Source: an uncultured bacterium (GTDB lineage Bacteria > Cyanobacteriota > Vampirovibrionia > Gastranaerophilales > Gastranaerophilaceae). Taken from it: a stretch of DNA of 64,000 bases. Every line of letters begins with the position of its first letter. Position 1 is the stretch's first letter. The DNA lies in NCBI GenBank assembly GCA_902761735.1, contig CACWLL010000005.1, forward strand, positions 35,639 to 99,638, written 5' to 3'. Positions 1 through 10,460 of the stretch are shown here, in pieces. The translations under genes were made by a program, and so were the position numbers. A model generated the notes under the pieces. That model was given only the letters and a program-made list of their open reading frames with translations. It had not been told where the DNA came from and did no database searches.

Positions 1-1
1 C

Positions 2-751
2 GTTCCGGAAATCGCAGAATTAAATATATATTTAGGTATGGTAACACCACAAAATTGGGTTGAACGTGACCCAACCTTAAAAGATATGGCAAAAATATTA
101 AGAACCAAAGAAGGGCAAAACTCCCAAATCAGTTATGGTTTAATGGGTTATCCCGTTTTAATGAGTGCTGATATTATGATGATGAATGCGGATGCCGTCC
201 CTGTCGGCGCTGACCAAGTTGCTCATATTGAAATAACAAGAGATATTGCCCGCCGTTTCAATAATATATATAATACCGAGTTTTTCCACGAACCAAAACC
301 ATTATTGAATAAATGTTCGCTAATTTGCGGACTTGACGGAAACAAAATGGGTAAATCTTTCCAAAATGATATAAAAATTTCCGACACAGAAGAAATCACA
401 GCGAAGAAAGTTATGACCGCAATTACAGATAGAAGTCGATTAAGAAAAACTGACTTGGGACACCCTGATGAATGTGAAGTCGCATTTAAATATTGGCAGA
501 TATTTGGCAACTGTGAAGAAATTGCTCAAACTCGTCAGGATTGTGAAAGCGGAACAAGAGGATGCGCAGATTGCAAGCGTATGCTTGGTGCAAAAATTAA
601 TGAAAGACTTGCTGAAATAAGGGAACGCAGAAGATACTACGAAACACATCCGGATGAAGTAAAAGATATAATCTCAAACGGAGATAAGAAAGCTCGAGAA
701 AGAGCATCCGAAATTATTAAACAAGTCAGGGAACTAGTCAGAATGTATTAA
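2..751 (+). CDS. trpS: tryptophanyl-tRNA synthetase, C-terminal part (5' end lies outside the window)
   Basis: Reading frame is open from the window edge. KMSKS-type loop present as GNKMGKS. The VPVGADQVAHIEITRDIARRFN block is typical of class I TrpS. Confidence 0.85.
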   Translation, partial: VPEIAELNIYLGMVTPQNWVERDPTLKDMAKILRTKEGQNSQISYGLMGYPVLMSADIMMMNADAVPVGADQVAHIEITRDIARRFNNIYNTEFFHEPKPLLNKCSLICGLDGNKMGKSFQNDIKISDTEEITAKKVMTAITDRSRLRKTDLGHPDECEVAFKYWQIFGNCEEIAQTRQDCESGTRGCADCKRMLGAKINERLAEIRERRRYYETHPDEVKDIISNGDKKARERASEIIKQVRELVRMY

Positions 752-819
752 TACAAAAAGGGCTGCGCACTAACGAACAGCCCTTTAAATCTATCATACT
801 TATTCAATTTTTGAAAAAT

Positions 820-1008
820 TTACTCTAATAAATCCTCCAGTATATTTGCATTTTTACTTGCAGTAGTCGATTGACGAACCTTTTGCCTGTAAATATAGGT
901 TCTTAAAGCTTCACGAATAAGTTCACTTCTTGAACGGTTTTCATCATCCGCAACATTGTCAATCATGCTTAGAAATTCTTCGGGCATTGAAATAAGTACT
1001 CGTGCCAT
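820..1008 (-). CDS. ribbon-helix-helix (CopG/Arc-like) DNA-binding protein, 62 aa
   Basis: MARVLISMPEEFLSMID...RSRSELIREALRTY is the classic RHH beta-strand plus two helices. Start moved to the internal ATG at 1008, which has an AAGGAG about 8 nt upstream. No partner toxin gene lies in the same orientation. Confidence 0.65.
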   Translation of the reverse strand: MARVLISMPEEFLSMIDNVADDENRSRSELIREALRTYIYRQKVRQSTTASKNANILEDLLE

Positions 1009-1134
1009 ATATACTCCTTTTCGCTTTTTCTGTAATCTATCCTGTATATATATAAAAACATCATGCCACAAAAAAGTGCTAAATTTTATCTACAAAATAT
1101 ATACTATTTTTTAAAACCCTTATATATACTGCAT

Positions 1135-1146
1135 TTTGCATGCAAA
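1135..1146. promoter_or_regulatory. perfect 12-bp palindrome TTTGCATGCAAA in the divergent promoter region; candidate operator
   Basis: Palindrome read directly. It lies between the divergent RHH gene (start 1008) and the ORF at 1289. Confidence 0.3.
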
Positions 1147-1288
1147 GACATGTTTACATTTTGTAATATATTCACAATTCAAATATCATAATAGAAATTA
1201 CAGATATTAAAATTTGTAACACCTATAAAATTATAAAGCAAATTATATTATTTACATGTATTATAAAAAATGAAAGGACATTTATCCT

Positions 1289-1612
1289 ATGGAAATTATA
1301 AAACTGAGAATTGGCACTGAAAACGCAGCAAGTGCACAAAAATTAATATTCACTAATCTTAGAGCAAAGCAGGCCGGTGATATTATAAAACAAGCTTTGT
1401 CCCTGCCTCATGGCAAATCTGCTAATTATAGAAACATACTCAAACCCCTCAATATAAATGAATCACCAGACTGCAAAAAAATATATACCAAATTTGAAAA
1501 ACTTCAACCTGACTTAAATCTTTTATCAGAAAAAAGCACGGTCAGAACCGGCGGAGTAACTGAAGAATATTTGGATGTATTATTCCCGAACTATTTCAGA
1601 CGTATATATTAA
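1289..1612 (+). CDS. hypothetical protein, 107 aa
   Basis: ORF followed immediately by a strong hairpin terminator. No motif recognised. Confidence 0.5.
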   Translation: MEIIKLRIGTENAASAQKLIFTNLRAKQAGDIIKQALSLPHGKSANYRNILKPLNINESPDCKKIYTKFEKLQPDLNLLSEKSTVRTGGVTEEYLDVLFPNYFRRIY

Positions 1613-1637
1613 AAAACGGGGTTAAACCCCGTTTTTT
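1611..1637. terminator. bidirectional Rho-independent terminator
   Basis: AAAAAACGGGG-TTAAA-CCCCGTTTTTT: GC stem flanked by an A-run and a T-run. It sits between the convergent ORF 1289..1612 and accC. Confidence 0.85.
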
Positions 1638-2991
1638 ATTCTCGATTTTCTTTACGTTTGTAAAAATCTTCAATAAAGCTTGTGTTAAAATTACCACTCA
1701 TAAACACTTCATCTTCAATTATATCCTGATGGAAAGGTAACGTTGTTTCAACACCGGTTATAACATATTCCTTCAATGCTCTATACATCCTGCGGCGAGC
1801 CTCATTACGAGTTCTGCCCCAACAAATAAGTTTACCTATCATTGAATCATAATAAGGCGGAATCGAATAATCCTGATATACATGAGAATCGACTCTTACT
1901 CCAAAACCACCCGGAGTAACATATCCTGTAATAGTCCCCGGATTAGGCATAAAGTCTTTCTCAGGATTTTCTGCATTTATACGACATTCAATAGCATGAC
2001 CTCTTAAAATTATATCATCTTGAGTAAAATCTAACTTTTCGCCTGCTGCAACAAGAATTTGTTCTCTCACCAAGTCGATATTAGAAATCATTTCCGTAAC
2101 ACAATGTTCAACTTGAATACGAGTGTTCATCTCCATAAAATACCACTTACCGTCATGGTCAAGAAGGAATTCACAAGTCCCAACACCTTCGTAATTAATA
2201 GCTTTAGCAGCCCTAACTGCGGCAGCACCCATTTCTTTTCTTGTAGCTTCATCAATAGCCGGAGATGGAGCTTCTTCCAAAAGCTTTTGGTGACGTCTTT
2301 GGATAGAACAATCTCTTTCACCCAAATGGACAACATTCCCATATTGGTCTGCAAGAATTTGAACCTCAATATGACGAGGATTTTCCAAATATTTTTCTGC
2401 GTATACATCAGGATTACCGAAGAAATTCTGAGCCTCTGCCTGACATAAGCTCATGTTAGTATCAACTTCAGCATTGCTGCGACAAATTCTCATACCTTTT
2501 CCGCCGCCGCCAGCAGTAGCTTTAAGAATAATCGGATACCCGACACGATTAGCAAACTCCTTTACTTCCTCAGGAGTGTTTAAAATTCCCGTACCGGGAG
2601 TTACCGGCACATCATTATCTATCATCGTTTGACGAGCAGTAGCCTTATCACCCATTTTTCTCATAGCTTCGGATGTAGGTCCGATAAATTTTATTCCCTG
2701 TTTCTCACAAATTTCTGCGAAGTCCGCCCTCTCAGACATAAAACCGTATCCCGGATGAATTGCATCCGCTCCTGACACATCAACAGCAGACATAATTGCC
2801 GGAATACTCAAATAACTTTTTGCACTCTGTGCCGGTCCTATACAATATGCCTCAGTAGCCAATCTCACATGAAGCGAATTTGCATCGGCTTGCGAATATA
2901 TAGCCACAGTTGGTATACCAATTTCTCTACATGCTCTTATAATTCTTACGGCTATTTCGCCCCTATTGGCGATTAAAACTTTTCTAAACAT
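1636..2991 (-). CDS. accC: biotin carboxylase subunit of acetyl-CoA carboxylase
   Basis: 451 aa. KVLIANRGEIAVRIIRACRE N-terminus, ATP-grasp GGGGKGMR loop and EMNTRIQVEH motif. Confidence 0.95.
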   Translation of the reverse strand: MFRKVLIANRGEIAVRIIRACREIGIPTVAIYSQADANSLHVRLATEAYCIGPAQSAKSYLSIPAIMSAVDVSGADAIHPGYGFMSERADFAEICEKQGIKFIGPTSEAMRKMGDKATARQTMIDNDVPVTPGTGILNTPEEVKEFANRVGYPIILKATAGGGGKGMRICRSNAEVDTNMSLCQAEAQNFFGNPDVYAEKYLENPRHIEVQILADQYGNVVHLGERDCSIQRRHQKLLEEAPSPAIDEATRKEMGAAAVRAAKAINYEGVGTCEFLLDHDGKWYFMEMNTRIQVEHCVTEMISNIDLVREQILVAAGEKLDFTQDDIILRGHAIECRINAENPEKDFMPNPGTITGYVTPGGFGVRVDSHVYQDYSIPPYYDSMIGKLICWGRTRNEARRRMYRALKEYVITGVETTLPFHQDIIEDEVFMSGNFNTSFIEDFYKRKENRE

Positions 2992-3129
2992 ATTTACCTT
3001 CTTAAGACGTTAAGATACACTGATTATACGATATTAAGCTCATTATGGGAATTTCTGCTGTAAAATTACAAATTATAAATTAAGCTAATATGCACTTTCC
3101 AGTCTTTACAATCAAACGTCTTACAGTCC

Positions 3130-3588
3130 TTACTCTACATACATTAAAACTTGTCCAAATTCAACAGGTTGCCCGTCTTCTACACAAATTTCAATAATTT
3201 TACCTGAAACTTCAGCTTCAATTTCATTCATAAGCTTCATAGCTTCAATAATACAAACCTTGTCCCCTTTATTAACAGATTGTCCAACCGTTACAAAAGG
3301 CTTTGCATCAGGAGATGGTGAAGTATAGAATGTACCAACCATCGGAGATGTAATTGGAGTACCCTTCTTTTCTTCAGCCTTTACACCTTCTGCCGGCTTT
3401 GCCGATACAGCAGAAGCAGATGAAACCGCAGGTGCTGCAGCAACAGCAGGCGCAACAATTACATCTTTTCTGATAGTAATTGCAGTATCACCATCTTCCA
3501 AAGAAATCTCAGTCAACTCATTATTTTTCAAAACCTTTGAAAGTTTTTCAATATATTCAATATCAAAATTCATTTTCTTACCTTTCAT
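3130..3588 (-). CDS. accB: biotin carboxyl carrier protein
   Basis: Ala/Pro-rich linker and the biotinyl-lysine motif [10 protein letters not shown]. Lies directly upstream of accC. The true start may be the second Met (MNFDIEY). Confidence 0.9.
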   Translation of the reverse strand: MKGKKMNFDIEYIEKLSKVLKNNELTEISLEDGDTAITIRKDVIVAPAVAAAPAVSSASAVSAKPAEGVKAEEKKGTPITSPMVGTFYTSPSPDAKPFVTVGQSVNKGDKVCIIEAMKLMNEIEAEVSGKIIEICVEDGQPVEFGQVLMYVE

Positions 3589-3608
3589 TGTAATACCGAA
3601 ATCATGAA

Positions 3609-4166
3609 CTACGCTCTATCGAGGTATTCATTAGATCTGGTATCAACTCTAATCATATCACCGTTAGAAACAAAGAACGGAACATTAACTACTGCTCCTG
3701 TTTCTAATGTAGCAGGTTTAGTGCCACCTTGAGCGGTATTACCCTTTTCAGCGGGAGGAGTATCCACAACTTGAAGAACAACGTGAGTCGGAATATCGAC
3801 ACCGATAATCTTACCATCGTGCAACAATACTTGAACTTCCATATTTTCTTTCAAATATTTAACACCGTCACCGACTTGGTCTTCAGATACACTTAGCTGT
3901 TCATAAGTTTCGTTATCCATCATAACAAACTCTGAACCTTCTTTATATAAGTATTGCATTTCTCTTCTGTCGAGAGTTGCTTTGCCGACTTTTTCACCGG
4001 CTCTGAACGTTCTTTCAACAACCTGACCGGTTTCAACGTTTTTAAGCTTAGTTCTTACAAACGCAGCACCTTTACCCGGTTTTACGTGTAAAAATTCAAC
4101 AACAGACCAAAGTCCGTTATCTAATTCAAGCGTCAAGCCTGTTTTTAAGTCGTTTACTGAAATCAT
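3609..4166 (-). CDS. efp: elongation factor P
   Basis: 185 aa. N-terminal [21 protein letters not shown], with the KPGKG loop typical of EF-P. Confidence 0.95.
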   Translation of the reverse strand: MISVNDLKTGLTLELDNGLWSVVEFLHVKPGKGAAFVRTKLKNVETGQVVERTFRAGEKVGKATLDRREMQYLYKEGSEFVMMDNETYEQLSVSEDQVGDGVKYLKENMEVQVLLHDGKIIGVDIPTHVVLQVVDTPPAEKGNTAQGGTKPATLETGAVVNVPFFVSNGDMIRVDTRSNEYLDRA

Positions 4167-4334
4167 ATTTTTCCCCTATTTTATCTATTAATTTAACTTT
4201 TGAACTTATTCTAACATAAATATCTCTTTTTTCAAACCTTATTTACAAAATGTAAAAACCGATAATGTTTTTTATTTCTTTAAATACTTTTATTCTTTTT
4301 TGTTATATAATCCTATTTAAAGGGAGATTTCATC

Positions 4335-5369
4335 ATGAATATAGATTGGCAGAATTTAGGATTTGGGTATATGAAAACGGATTACCGTTTTGTATCAAAC
4401 TTCAAAGACGGGAAGTGGGATGAAGGCAAAATGACAACTGATGATAAGGTTGTCATAAACGAGAGTGCCGGAGTTTTACAATACGCTCAAACTTGTTTTG
4501 AAGGAATGAAAGCATACAGGACTATTGACAACAGAGTTGTCTGCTTCAGACCTGATTTGAACGCATCAAGAATGGCTGATTCGTGTCGACGTCTTGAAAT
4601 GCCGGTATTTCCTGAGAACAGATTTATTGAAGCCGTAAAACAAGTTGTAGAAAAAAATATCGATTACGTTCCACCGTATGGCTCCGGGGCATCCCTTTAC
4701 TTAAGGCCATATATGTTTGGTTCAAATCCTGTACTCGGAGTAAAACCTGCAACAGAATTTGAATTTAGAATTTTTGCTTCACCTGTCGGACCATATTTTA
4801 AGGGAGGTGCAAAACCAATTATACTTAGAGTACCGGATTTTGATAGAGCAGCACCTTTGGGAACAGGACACGTTAAAGCCGGCTTAAATTACGCAATGAG
4901 TCTACACGCAATTGTTGATGCTCACAATCAGGGTTATAATGAAAATATGTATCTTGATTCCGCAACAAGAACAAAAATAGAGGAAACAGGAGGAGCAAAT
5001 ATTATATTTGTGACAAAAGATAATAAAGTTGTCACCCCAAAATCTCCAACAATTTTACCTTCAATTACAAGACGTTCGTTAATGGTAGTTGCAGAAAAAT
5101 ATCTCGGTTTAAAAACAGAAGAAAGAGAAATACATATTGAAGAATTAAAAGACTTCAAAGAGTGTGCCCTTTGTGGTACAGCAGCAGTGCTTTCACCTGT
5201 AGGCAAAGTTGCAGATCACGGCAAAGTTATAGAATTTCCTTCGGGAATGGAAAAACCCGGAGAAATTACGCAAAAACTATATGACACATTAACCGGTATT
5301 CAAATGGGGAAAATAGAGCCTCCTGAAGGTTGGATTTATGAAATTAAGCCTTCAGCAGTTTCAGTATAA
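4335..5369 (+). CDS. ilvE: branched-chain amino acid aminotransferase (class IV)
   Basis: 344 aa. FEGMKAYR, RPxxNxxRM and EETGGANIF-type blocks of fold-type IV BCAT. Confidence 0.9.
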   Translation: MNIDWQNLGFGYMKTDYRFVSNFKDGKWDEGKMTTDDKVVINESAGVLQYAQTCFEGMKAYRTIDNRVVCFRPDLNASRMADSCRRLEMPVFPENRFIEAVKQVVEKNIDYVPPYGSGASLYLRPYMFGSNPVLGVKPATEFEFRIFASPVGPYFKGGAKPIILRVPDFDRAAPLGTGHVKAGLNYAMSLHAIVDAHNQGYNENMYLDSATRTKIEETGGANIIFVTKDNKVVTPKSPTILPSITRRSLMVVAEKYLGLKTEEREIHIEELKDFKECALCGTAAVLSPVGKVADHGKVIEFPSGMEKPGEITQKLYDTLTGIQMGKIEPPEGWIYEIKPSAVSV

Positions 5370-5382
5370 TATTAACAGCTAC

Positions 5383-5418
5383 AAAAACAGCGTAAGGGAT
5401 AGTCTTACGCTGTTTTTT
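5383..5418. terminator. bidirectional Rho-independent terminator
   Basis: CAGCGTAAG-GGATAGT-CTTACGCTG followed by TTTTTT and preceded by an A-run. Lies between convergent genes. Confidence 0.85.
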
Positions 5419-5980
5419 ACAATCTTATTGTTCTAAATATTGTGTAATATCGATAATCACCCCAATAGACAACTATTGATACAAAATTATTATCTAAATC
5501 TGTTACTTCTAAATAGGTATTTGGCGCAGGTTTTCGTTTTGAACTCGGCATGACTTTACCCATAACATCAAGCATTTTTAAATGAATTTTTTGTGTCGGA
5601 GCCAATTTTGGTTTTGGTAAATTATCATCATAAAAAGTCATCGGGACAACTTCTCGCTCATATATAGGAACAATATATTTTATTTTTCCTGCTTCCTTGA
5701 AAAGCATATACCAATCCCCGTTGTGCTCCCTCGGTGTAAGCAAATAATATCCGGGTTCAACGGTAATATCTTTAAAATATATCGGACTTATTAGTCTGAA
5801 TAACGGATATGGCGACCAAGTAGAATCCTTTGTATCATAATATTCTCCGGGGTCTATATCATGGATGTATTTAAGCTTCGGAGATTCTAAATCCCGATAT
5901 ACCTGTTCGTAATCTACGTTCTTGGCATTTGCATTTAACGCAGAAAAAAGTATCAAAAGTAACAATACAAACTTCTTCAT
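5417..5980 (-). CDS. secreted hypothetical protein, 187 aa
   Basis: N-terminal signal peptide MKKFVLLLLILFSALNANA. No catalytic motif recognised. Confidence 0.6.
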   Translation of the reverse strand: MKKFVLLLLILFSALNANAKNVDYEQVYRDLESPKLKYIHDIDPGEYYDTKDSTWSPYPLFRLISPIYFKDITVEPGYYLLTPREHNGDWYMLFKEAGKIKYIVPIYEREVVPMTFYDDNLPKPKLAPTQKIHLKMLDVMGKVMPSSKRKPAPNTYLEVTDLDNNFVSIVVYWGDYRYYTIFRTIRL

Positions 5981-6097
5981 AGTTGTATTTTAATGCCATT
6001 TCGAGAAAAATCAATCATCTTTTTGTGTGAAACTTGTCAAATTAGTATGTGTATGAAATAATAGGCATATAATTTGGAACAAAGCCAAGGAGAGAAT

Positions 6098-6676
6098 ATG
6101 AAAAAAGCTTTATTATTTGCAATACTTTGTTTGTTAACAACTTGTCCTATGACTTTTGCTGTTGATGATGCGTCAGCTGCGGATACAGCAGTTAAATCCG
6201 TAATTTCTGAAGGCGACTTTTCTCCGCAAATAATTGAAAAAATCAAAGCCGAAAGAAATGCGATGTATAACGCTTTAAATTTAACATCGGAACAAATTAA
6301 ACAAAAAGACGATATTGAGGTTAGAAGATATATAGAGCTTGCACCTGCTTTGAAAAAATTATGTTTGGATAAAAAAAGATTAAAAGAATTGTCAGGTGAC
6401 AAAGCTGAAGAAAATGAAGTTATTGCCTCAGTAAAAAAAGATATAACAGAAGCAAGAAAAGAAATCAGAGCGATTTCCAAAAAATATGACAAAGAATTTA
6501 AAAAGATTTTAAATCGTGAGCAAAAATCAAAATACAGTATGATGCGTAAATTAAAACGTGCAGAATACAAAAAAATAAAAAAGCAAAAACGTGCAAATAA
6601 AAACTCTTCTCTATTAAGACCCTTTGGAGTTCCTATTTCTCAATCAGATTACACCAAAAGCCAAAAAAGTAAGTAA
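6098..6676 (+). CDS. periplasmic LTxxQ-motif (Spy/CpxP-like) protein
   Basis: AAGGAG RBS before the ATG at 6098. Signal peptide MKKALLFAILCLLTTCPMTFA. LNLTSEQIKQ and ILNREQKSKY resemble the paired LTxxQ motifs. Highly charged helical protein. Confidence 0.5.
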   Translation: MKKALLFAILCLLTTCPMTFAVDDASAADTAVKSVISEGDFSPQIIEKIKAERNAMYNALNLTSEQIKQKDDIEVRRYIELAPALKKLCLDKKRLKELSGDKAEENEVIASVKKDITEARKEIRAISKKYDKEFKKILNREQKSKYSMMRKLKRAEYKKIKKQKRANKNSSLLRPFGVPISQSDYTKSQKSK

Positions 6677-6704
6677 TTTTATCACAAATTAATTTACAGA
6701 TAAA

Positions 6705-7757
6705 TTACATTTTTTTGTATAATTCAATTTGCTCTTTTGTAAGTTTTTCCGGTAAAACAATCTTAATCCTCGCGTTTAGATTGCCGTATCCGCCGGATTT
6801 TTTGGGTAATCCGAGATTTTTTAACCTCAACATCTTACCTGTTGAAGTCATCGGAGGAATTTTTATGCTTATTGTTCCATGTAAAGTTTTTAAATCTTTT
6901 TTACATCCAAGAACAGCTTCCGGTGGCGTGATTTCAACATCTTTTGTTAAATCTGTACCGTCAACATCGTATTCTTTGTCATTATATTGTATTACTAAGT
7001 ATAAATCTCCGACACGTCCATACTCGTCAGTTTTTCCTTCGCCTTTTAAGCGGATTTTTTGACCGACCTTCACTTCCGGAGGGATTTTTACCTTTAAAGA
7101 TTTTGAAGTACGCTTTATACCGGTACCGCCGCAATTTGTACAATAACCACCCCCCGGAGGACATTGCGTACATTTTTCCATATCAGAAAAAGAAACACTA
7201 ACCGGTTTTTGATTAAAAACATCTTGTGCAGTTATATTCAACGTTTTTGTAACATCTAAATTCTCTTGCGGTTGTTGAGGCTGCGATTTCCTTTTTTGTC
7301 GGGAAGTTGTCCTCTGCTGGGCTCCGCCCATTTGACTAAAGTCAAATCCGCCAAAATTCATACCGCCCATTCCCTGACGAGTTGTACCTTGTCCCATCAT
7401 ATCACCGAACAAAGAACTGAAGAAGTCTGAAAAACCTCCCATATTCTGCCCGCCAAAATTAAATTCATAAGCTCCGCCTTGTCCGCCGCCAAAGCCAAAG
7501 TTTTCAAACCCTGGTGGCGGAGTATAGCTTTGTCCGCCTTGCCAATTAGCACCCAAACTGTCATACCTTTGTCGTTTTGATTTATCACCCAAAACTTCGT
7601 ATGCCTCATTTATATCTTTAAACTTAGCTTCTGCCTCTTTTGTTTTATTAACATCAGGGTGATATTTTCTTGCTAATTTTCTGTATGCAGACTTGATTTC
7701 GGCATCAGTTGCTTCTCTTTTTACACCTAATATTTCATAATAATCTTTATATTCCAT
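6705..7757 (-). CDS. DnaJ-class co-chaperone with a reduced zinc-finger region
   Basis: J domain (DYYEILGV...KYHPD), long G/F-rich linker, only two CxxCxGxG-type repeats ([16 protein letters not shown]), and DnaJ C-terminal substrate-binding domains. Confidence 0.85.
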   Translation of the reverse strand: MEYKDYYEILGVKREATDAEIKSAYRKLARKYHPDVNKTKEAEAKFKDINEAYEVLGDKSKRQRYDSLGANWQGGQSYTPPPGFENFGFGGGQGGAYEFNFGGQNMGGFSDFFSSLFGDMMGQGTTRQGMGGMNFGGFDFSQMGGAQQRTTSRQKRKSQPQQPQENLDVTKTLNITAQDVFNQKPVSVSFSDMEKCTQCPPGGGYCTNCGGTGIKRTSKSLKVKIPPEVKVGQKIRLKGEGKTDEYGRVGDLYLVIQYNDKEYDVDGTDLTKDVEITPPEAVLGCKKDLKTLHGTISIKIPPMTSTGKMLRLKNLGLPKKSGGYGNLNARIKIVLPEKLTKEQIELYKKM

Positions 7758-7850
7758 GGTATCTTATTACTTTACTCCTTATATATCTATAAACATGATA
7801 ATATAAAATATCTGATATTATGAAATCCTTAATGTTTTTATAATAATTTA

Positions 7851-7878
7851 AAACCCTTTGGATTATGCCAAAGGGTTT
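7851..7878. terminator. hairpin terminator
   Basis: AAACCCTTTGG-ATTATG-CCAAAGGGTTT, a perfect 11-bp stem just downstream of the SEC-C gene stop. Confidence 0.7.
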
Positions 7879-7894
7879 AATTATAATATCCTTA

Positions 7895-9202
7895 TTATGC
7901 ACCATGGCATTTTTTAAATTTCTTACCACTACCGCATGGGCAAGGGTCATTCCTGCCAATTTTTGATAAATCAATACCCTCAGGTAACGGCAGTTTTTCT
8001 TCTTCCTCTTCAATTAAACCTAATGTACTTGAAAAAGCTTTTGATTTATACAATACGGTAGTTGAAGAATAAATTTTCTGCTCAAGATATCTTGATTTAA
8101 ATTTTTCTAGCAACTCTTTTAAAGTATAATTAGTTTTACCTATACCATTTATTACCGGCAAGAAATTCTTATGCTTCTTCGCTGCACGTTTAATTAAATT
8201 TGCGGAGAACTTGTCATTAGTCAAAAAGTATCTGATACATTTATCATAATTTTCGACTTCGGAAGGGTTCTTTGCTTCAAAAATTTTATTAAATGTTCCC
8301 CAAAACGGTACCGCATACATCCCTAATTCTTTATCATAAATAATACCTACGTCATACGATTCCTTGTGAGAAGAAAACCCACCCAAAGAATTTTCCAGAA
8401 AATTATCATAAGAATTGTTGAACTCTGATACATTAAAGAATTTGTATTCTTTTGGTTCTTCTATCAACTTTTTGAAGCTGCCTTTCTTGCCATCTTCAGT
8501 AAAATCATTAAACTTACCGATTAAATCATCCGCATGCTTATTAATTGTAATAATTTCATCTTTACCAAAAAATTCGATGAACTTATCGTATACCTGTTTA
8601 ATATCCTCTTCGATTTCTTCTTGTTTTTTCGGGTTATCCTGATATACTATTTCCGGATTTTGAATAATTCTTGCAACAGAGAACCTGTAAGCATCATCAC
8701 GGCGCCTTGTCGGTAACACACCGGAGATTTCCAACAAGAAAACCTCGTCATCTTGTTTCATTATTCTTGCTACAACATACTGCCCCGAACCTAACCCTCT
8801 AAAGTTTGTCATTTTTATCAGCGAAGTTACATTATAACTCTTTTCATTAATAATATTGTATAATTCAAACCCGTTTTTAAGAACTCTTTTTAATTCAAAA
8901 ACAGAAGAAATAGATTTATCAAGATTTTTTACAATTTTCTTAATAGGAGCTTTTAAGTCGGCTCTTTCCAAATATATAGAAGGTATTGTTCTGTAAGTTT
9001 CGCCAAGTCGTCTTTCAAAGATATAATTAAAACATGCACTCTGGAAATTTACGGCAGACTTTCTGTTTGCTCCAATTGTTTTTATGTATTCCAGAAAATC
9101 TGGTCGCACACTTTCATCAGATTGAATAAACATTGCCATATCTTTAATAGTATTGTTTATATCTTGAATTATATCTTGAACATTGGTTTCTTTAACCGGC
9201 AT
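7895..9202 (-). CDS. SEC-C motif protein of unknown function, 435 aa
   Basis: C-terminal [15 protein letters not shown] is a SEC-C metal-binding motif. The rest was not recognised. Confidence 0.7.
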   Translation of the reverse strand: MPVKETNVQDIIQDINNTIKDMAMFIQSDESVRPDFLEYIKTIGANRKSAVNFQSACFNYIFERRLGETYRTIPSIYLERADLKAPIKKIVKNLDKSISSVFELKRVLKNGFELYNIINEKSYNVTSLIKMTNFRGLGSGQYVVARIMKQDDEVFLLEISGVLPTRRRDDAYRFSVARIIQNPEIVYQDNPKKQEEIEEDIKQVYDKFIEFFGKDEIITINKHADDLIGKFNDFTEDGKKGSFKKLIEEPKEYKFFNVSEFNNSYDNFLENSLGGFSSHKESYDVGIIYDKELGMYAVPFWGTFNKIFEAKNPSEVENYDKCIRYFLTNDKFSANLIKRAAKKHKNFLPVINGIGKTNYTLKELLEKFKSRYLEQKIYSSTTVLYKSKAFSSTLGLIEEEEEKLPLPEGIDLSKIGRNDPCPCGSGKKFKKCHGA

Positions 9203-9288
9203 AATAACTCTCCTTTTAGACTCTCATTTATAACGTAATTTTATCATAAAAAATTACATAAGTCGATAGGTACATAAGTTAATCCTAC

Positions 9289-9621
9289 TTACAGATAACA
9301 AATAAACCACAAACTACCGGCGAAACTTAATATTTGCAACATGGTGAATAACCTTAATGTTTCATACCGAACAAGAACCCCTATCACGAACGGTGATACC
9401 ATAAACAAAAGCATCCACAATACCCTTAAATCGTGCACTAACACAAGCGTTGAAATTAAATACAATCCCATAAAAATCAAATATGCAATTATGCTTGCAA
9501 CGACAACATAACCAAAAATTGCCTTGCGCTTAGGATTTTCAAACTTGCAAAACAGAGCGGTAAGAAACACAATTATAGTTATTATATTTATAAATTCGGC
9601 TAAAAATGTTACAAGTTTCAT
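9289..9621 (-). CDS. small integral membrane protein, 110 aa
   Basis: Three to four hydrophobic helices. Start overlaps the upstream hydrolase stop by 4 nt (ATGA). Confidence 0.6.
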   Translation of the reverse strand: MKLVTFLAEFINIITIIVFLTALFCKFENPKRKAIFGYVVVASIIAYLIFMGLYLISTLVLVHDLRVLWMLLFMVSPFVIGVLVRYETLRLFTMLQILSFAGSLWFICYL

Positions 9622-10460
9622 ACAGTTTCCAACTCCTTAACATCCCGAACCGAAGAAAATTCTGCCATGAATTTTTCGACGGTATCCATTACATATTCTT
9701 TTTCATTATCATATAGAACCATATGGTAACTGTCACTTAATTCCACATATCGTTTTATTTCGGACGAAACACCTTCCATTACTACTTTTGCACTCTTCGG
9801 GCTTGATAAATTATCATATTTTGAATGAATACACAAAATTGGGCAGGTTACATTTTTAAGGTTTTTTCTGACATTTTTTGACAGTTTCAAAAGTCCGTCT
9901 ACACAGTTCAAAGGATAGTTATCCATGCTTATATCCGCTTTTGCGGTAATTTTTGCCAAACTTTTTCTTGTTCTTTCATTTTTTACTCCGAAACAGTCAT
10001 CCTCAGGAAATGTATAATAAAAGCGAGTAATTGTGCACAGAGCAAAAGGTAACAACGATATTGTCCAAGGAATACAAAAACCGTCCAAAAACAACGTTGT
10101 AGAAAGGGCGACAATTCCTGTTATATCTTTATTGTGTTCGCCCAAATAAACAGCCATAGCAGCACCCAAACACAAGCCTGATACAAAAAATTGATTATAA
10201 TTTTTTCTCAATTTTGTATACTTGTCTTGAGCAAATTCGCACCAATCTTGCCAAGTAACCGTTTCAATTTCACTTATTCTGTCACCGTGACCCGGAAAAG
10301 AATAGCAAAATACATCATAGCCACTTTTGAACAAAAAATCACCATATTTTTTCATCTCAAACGGACTACCGGTTAAACCATGAAATAAAAGTACAGCTTT
10401 CCTATCTTTTATATCTTCGGTTTCGACATGTAACAGTTCGAAATCAATACTTTCTGTCAC
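9618..10460 (-). CDS. alpha/beta-hydrolase (Est/monoacylglycerol-lipase-like) with Cys in the nucleophile elbow
   Basis: LLFHGLTGSP...PGHG N-terminal block. Nucleophile elbow G-L-C-L-G instead of GxSxG. Candidate Asp (HSKYDN) and His (DSYHM). GTG start overlaps the aminotransferase stop by 1 nt. Confidence 0.75.
   Translation of the reverse strand: MTESIDFELLHVETEDIKDRKAVLLFHGLTGSPFEMKKYGDFLFKSGYDVFCYSFPGHGDRISEIETVTWQDWCEFAQDKYTKLRKNYNQFFVSGLCLGAAMAVYLGEHNKDITGIVALSTTLFLDGFCIPWTISLLPFALCTITRFYYTFPEDDCFGVKNERTRKSLAKITAKADISMDNYPLNCVDGLLKLSKNVRKNLKNVTCPILCIHSKYDNLSSPKSAKVVMEGVSSEIKRYVELSDSYHMVLYDNEKEYVMDTVEKFMAEFSSVRDVKELETV

Noticed and set aside
223-649. Antisense ORFs inside trpS (223..510 and 440..649)
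   Set aside because: Both lie entirely within, and opposite to, a confidently identified gene. They have low-complexity hydrophobic translations and no RBS. They are shadow ORFs typical of AT-rich DNA.
2059-2448. ORFs 2059..2448 (+) and 2127..2408 (-) within accC
   Set aside because: They are embedded in the accC coding region, one antisense and one out of frame. They have no independent support.
3003-3123. 9-bp inverted repeat TAAGACGTT / AACGTCTTA bracketing the accB-accC spacer
   Set aside because: It is marginally non-random, and nothing recognisable lies between the arms. It could be an mRNA processing or stability stem, but I cannot support that from sequence alone.
6037-6570. 177-aa minus-strand ORF overlapping the LTxxQ protein gene
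   Set aside because: It is the mirror of a plus-strand gene that has an RBS, a signal peptide and a recognisable motif. Its own translation is Ser/Phe/Ile-rich nonsense.
7747-8013. 88-aa ORF spanning the dnaJ-like/SEC-C intergenic region
   Set aside because: It runs through the terminator hairpin at 7851..7878 and overlaps the 3' end of the SEC-C gene out of frame.
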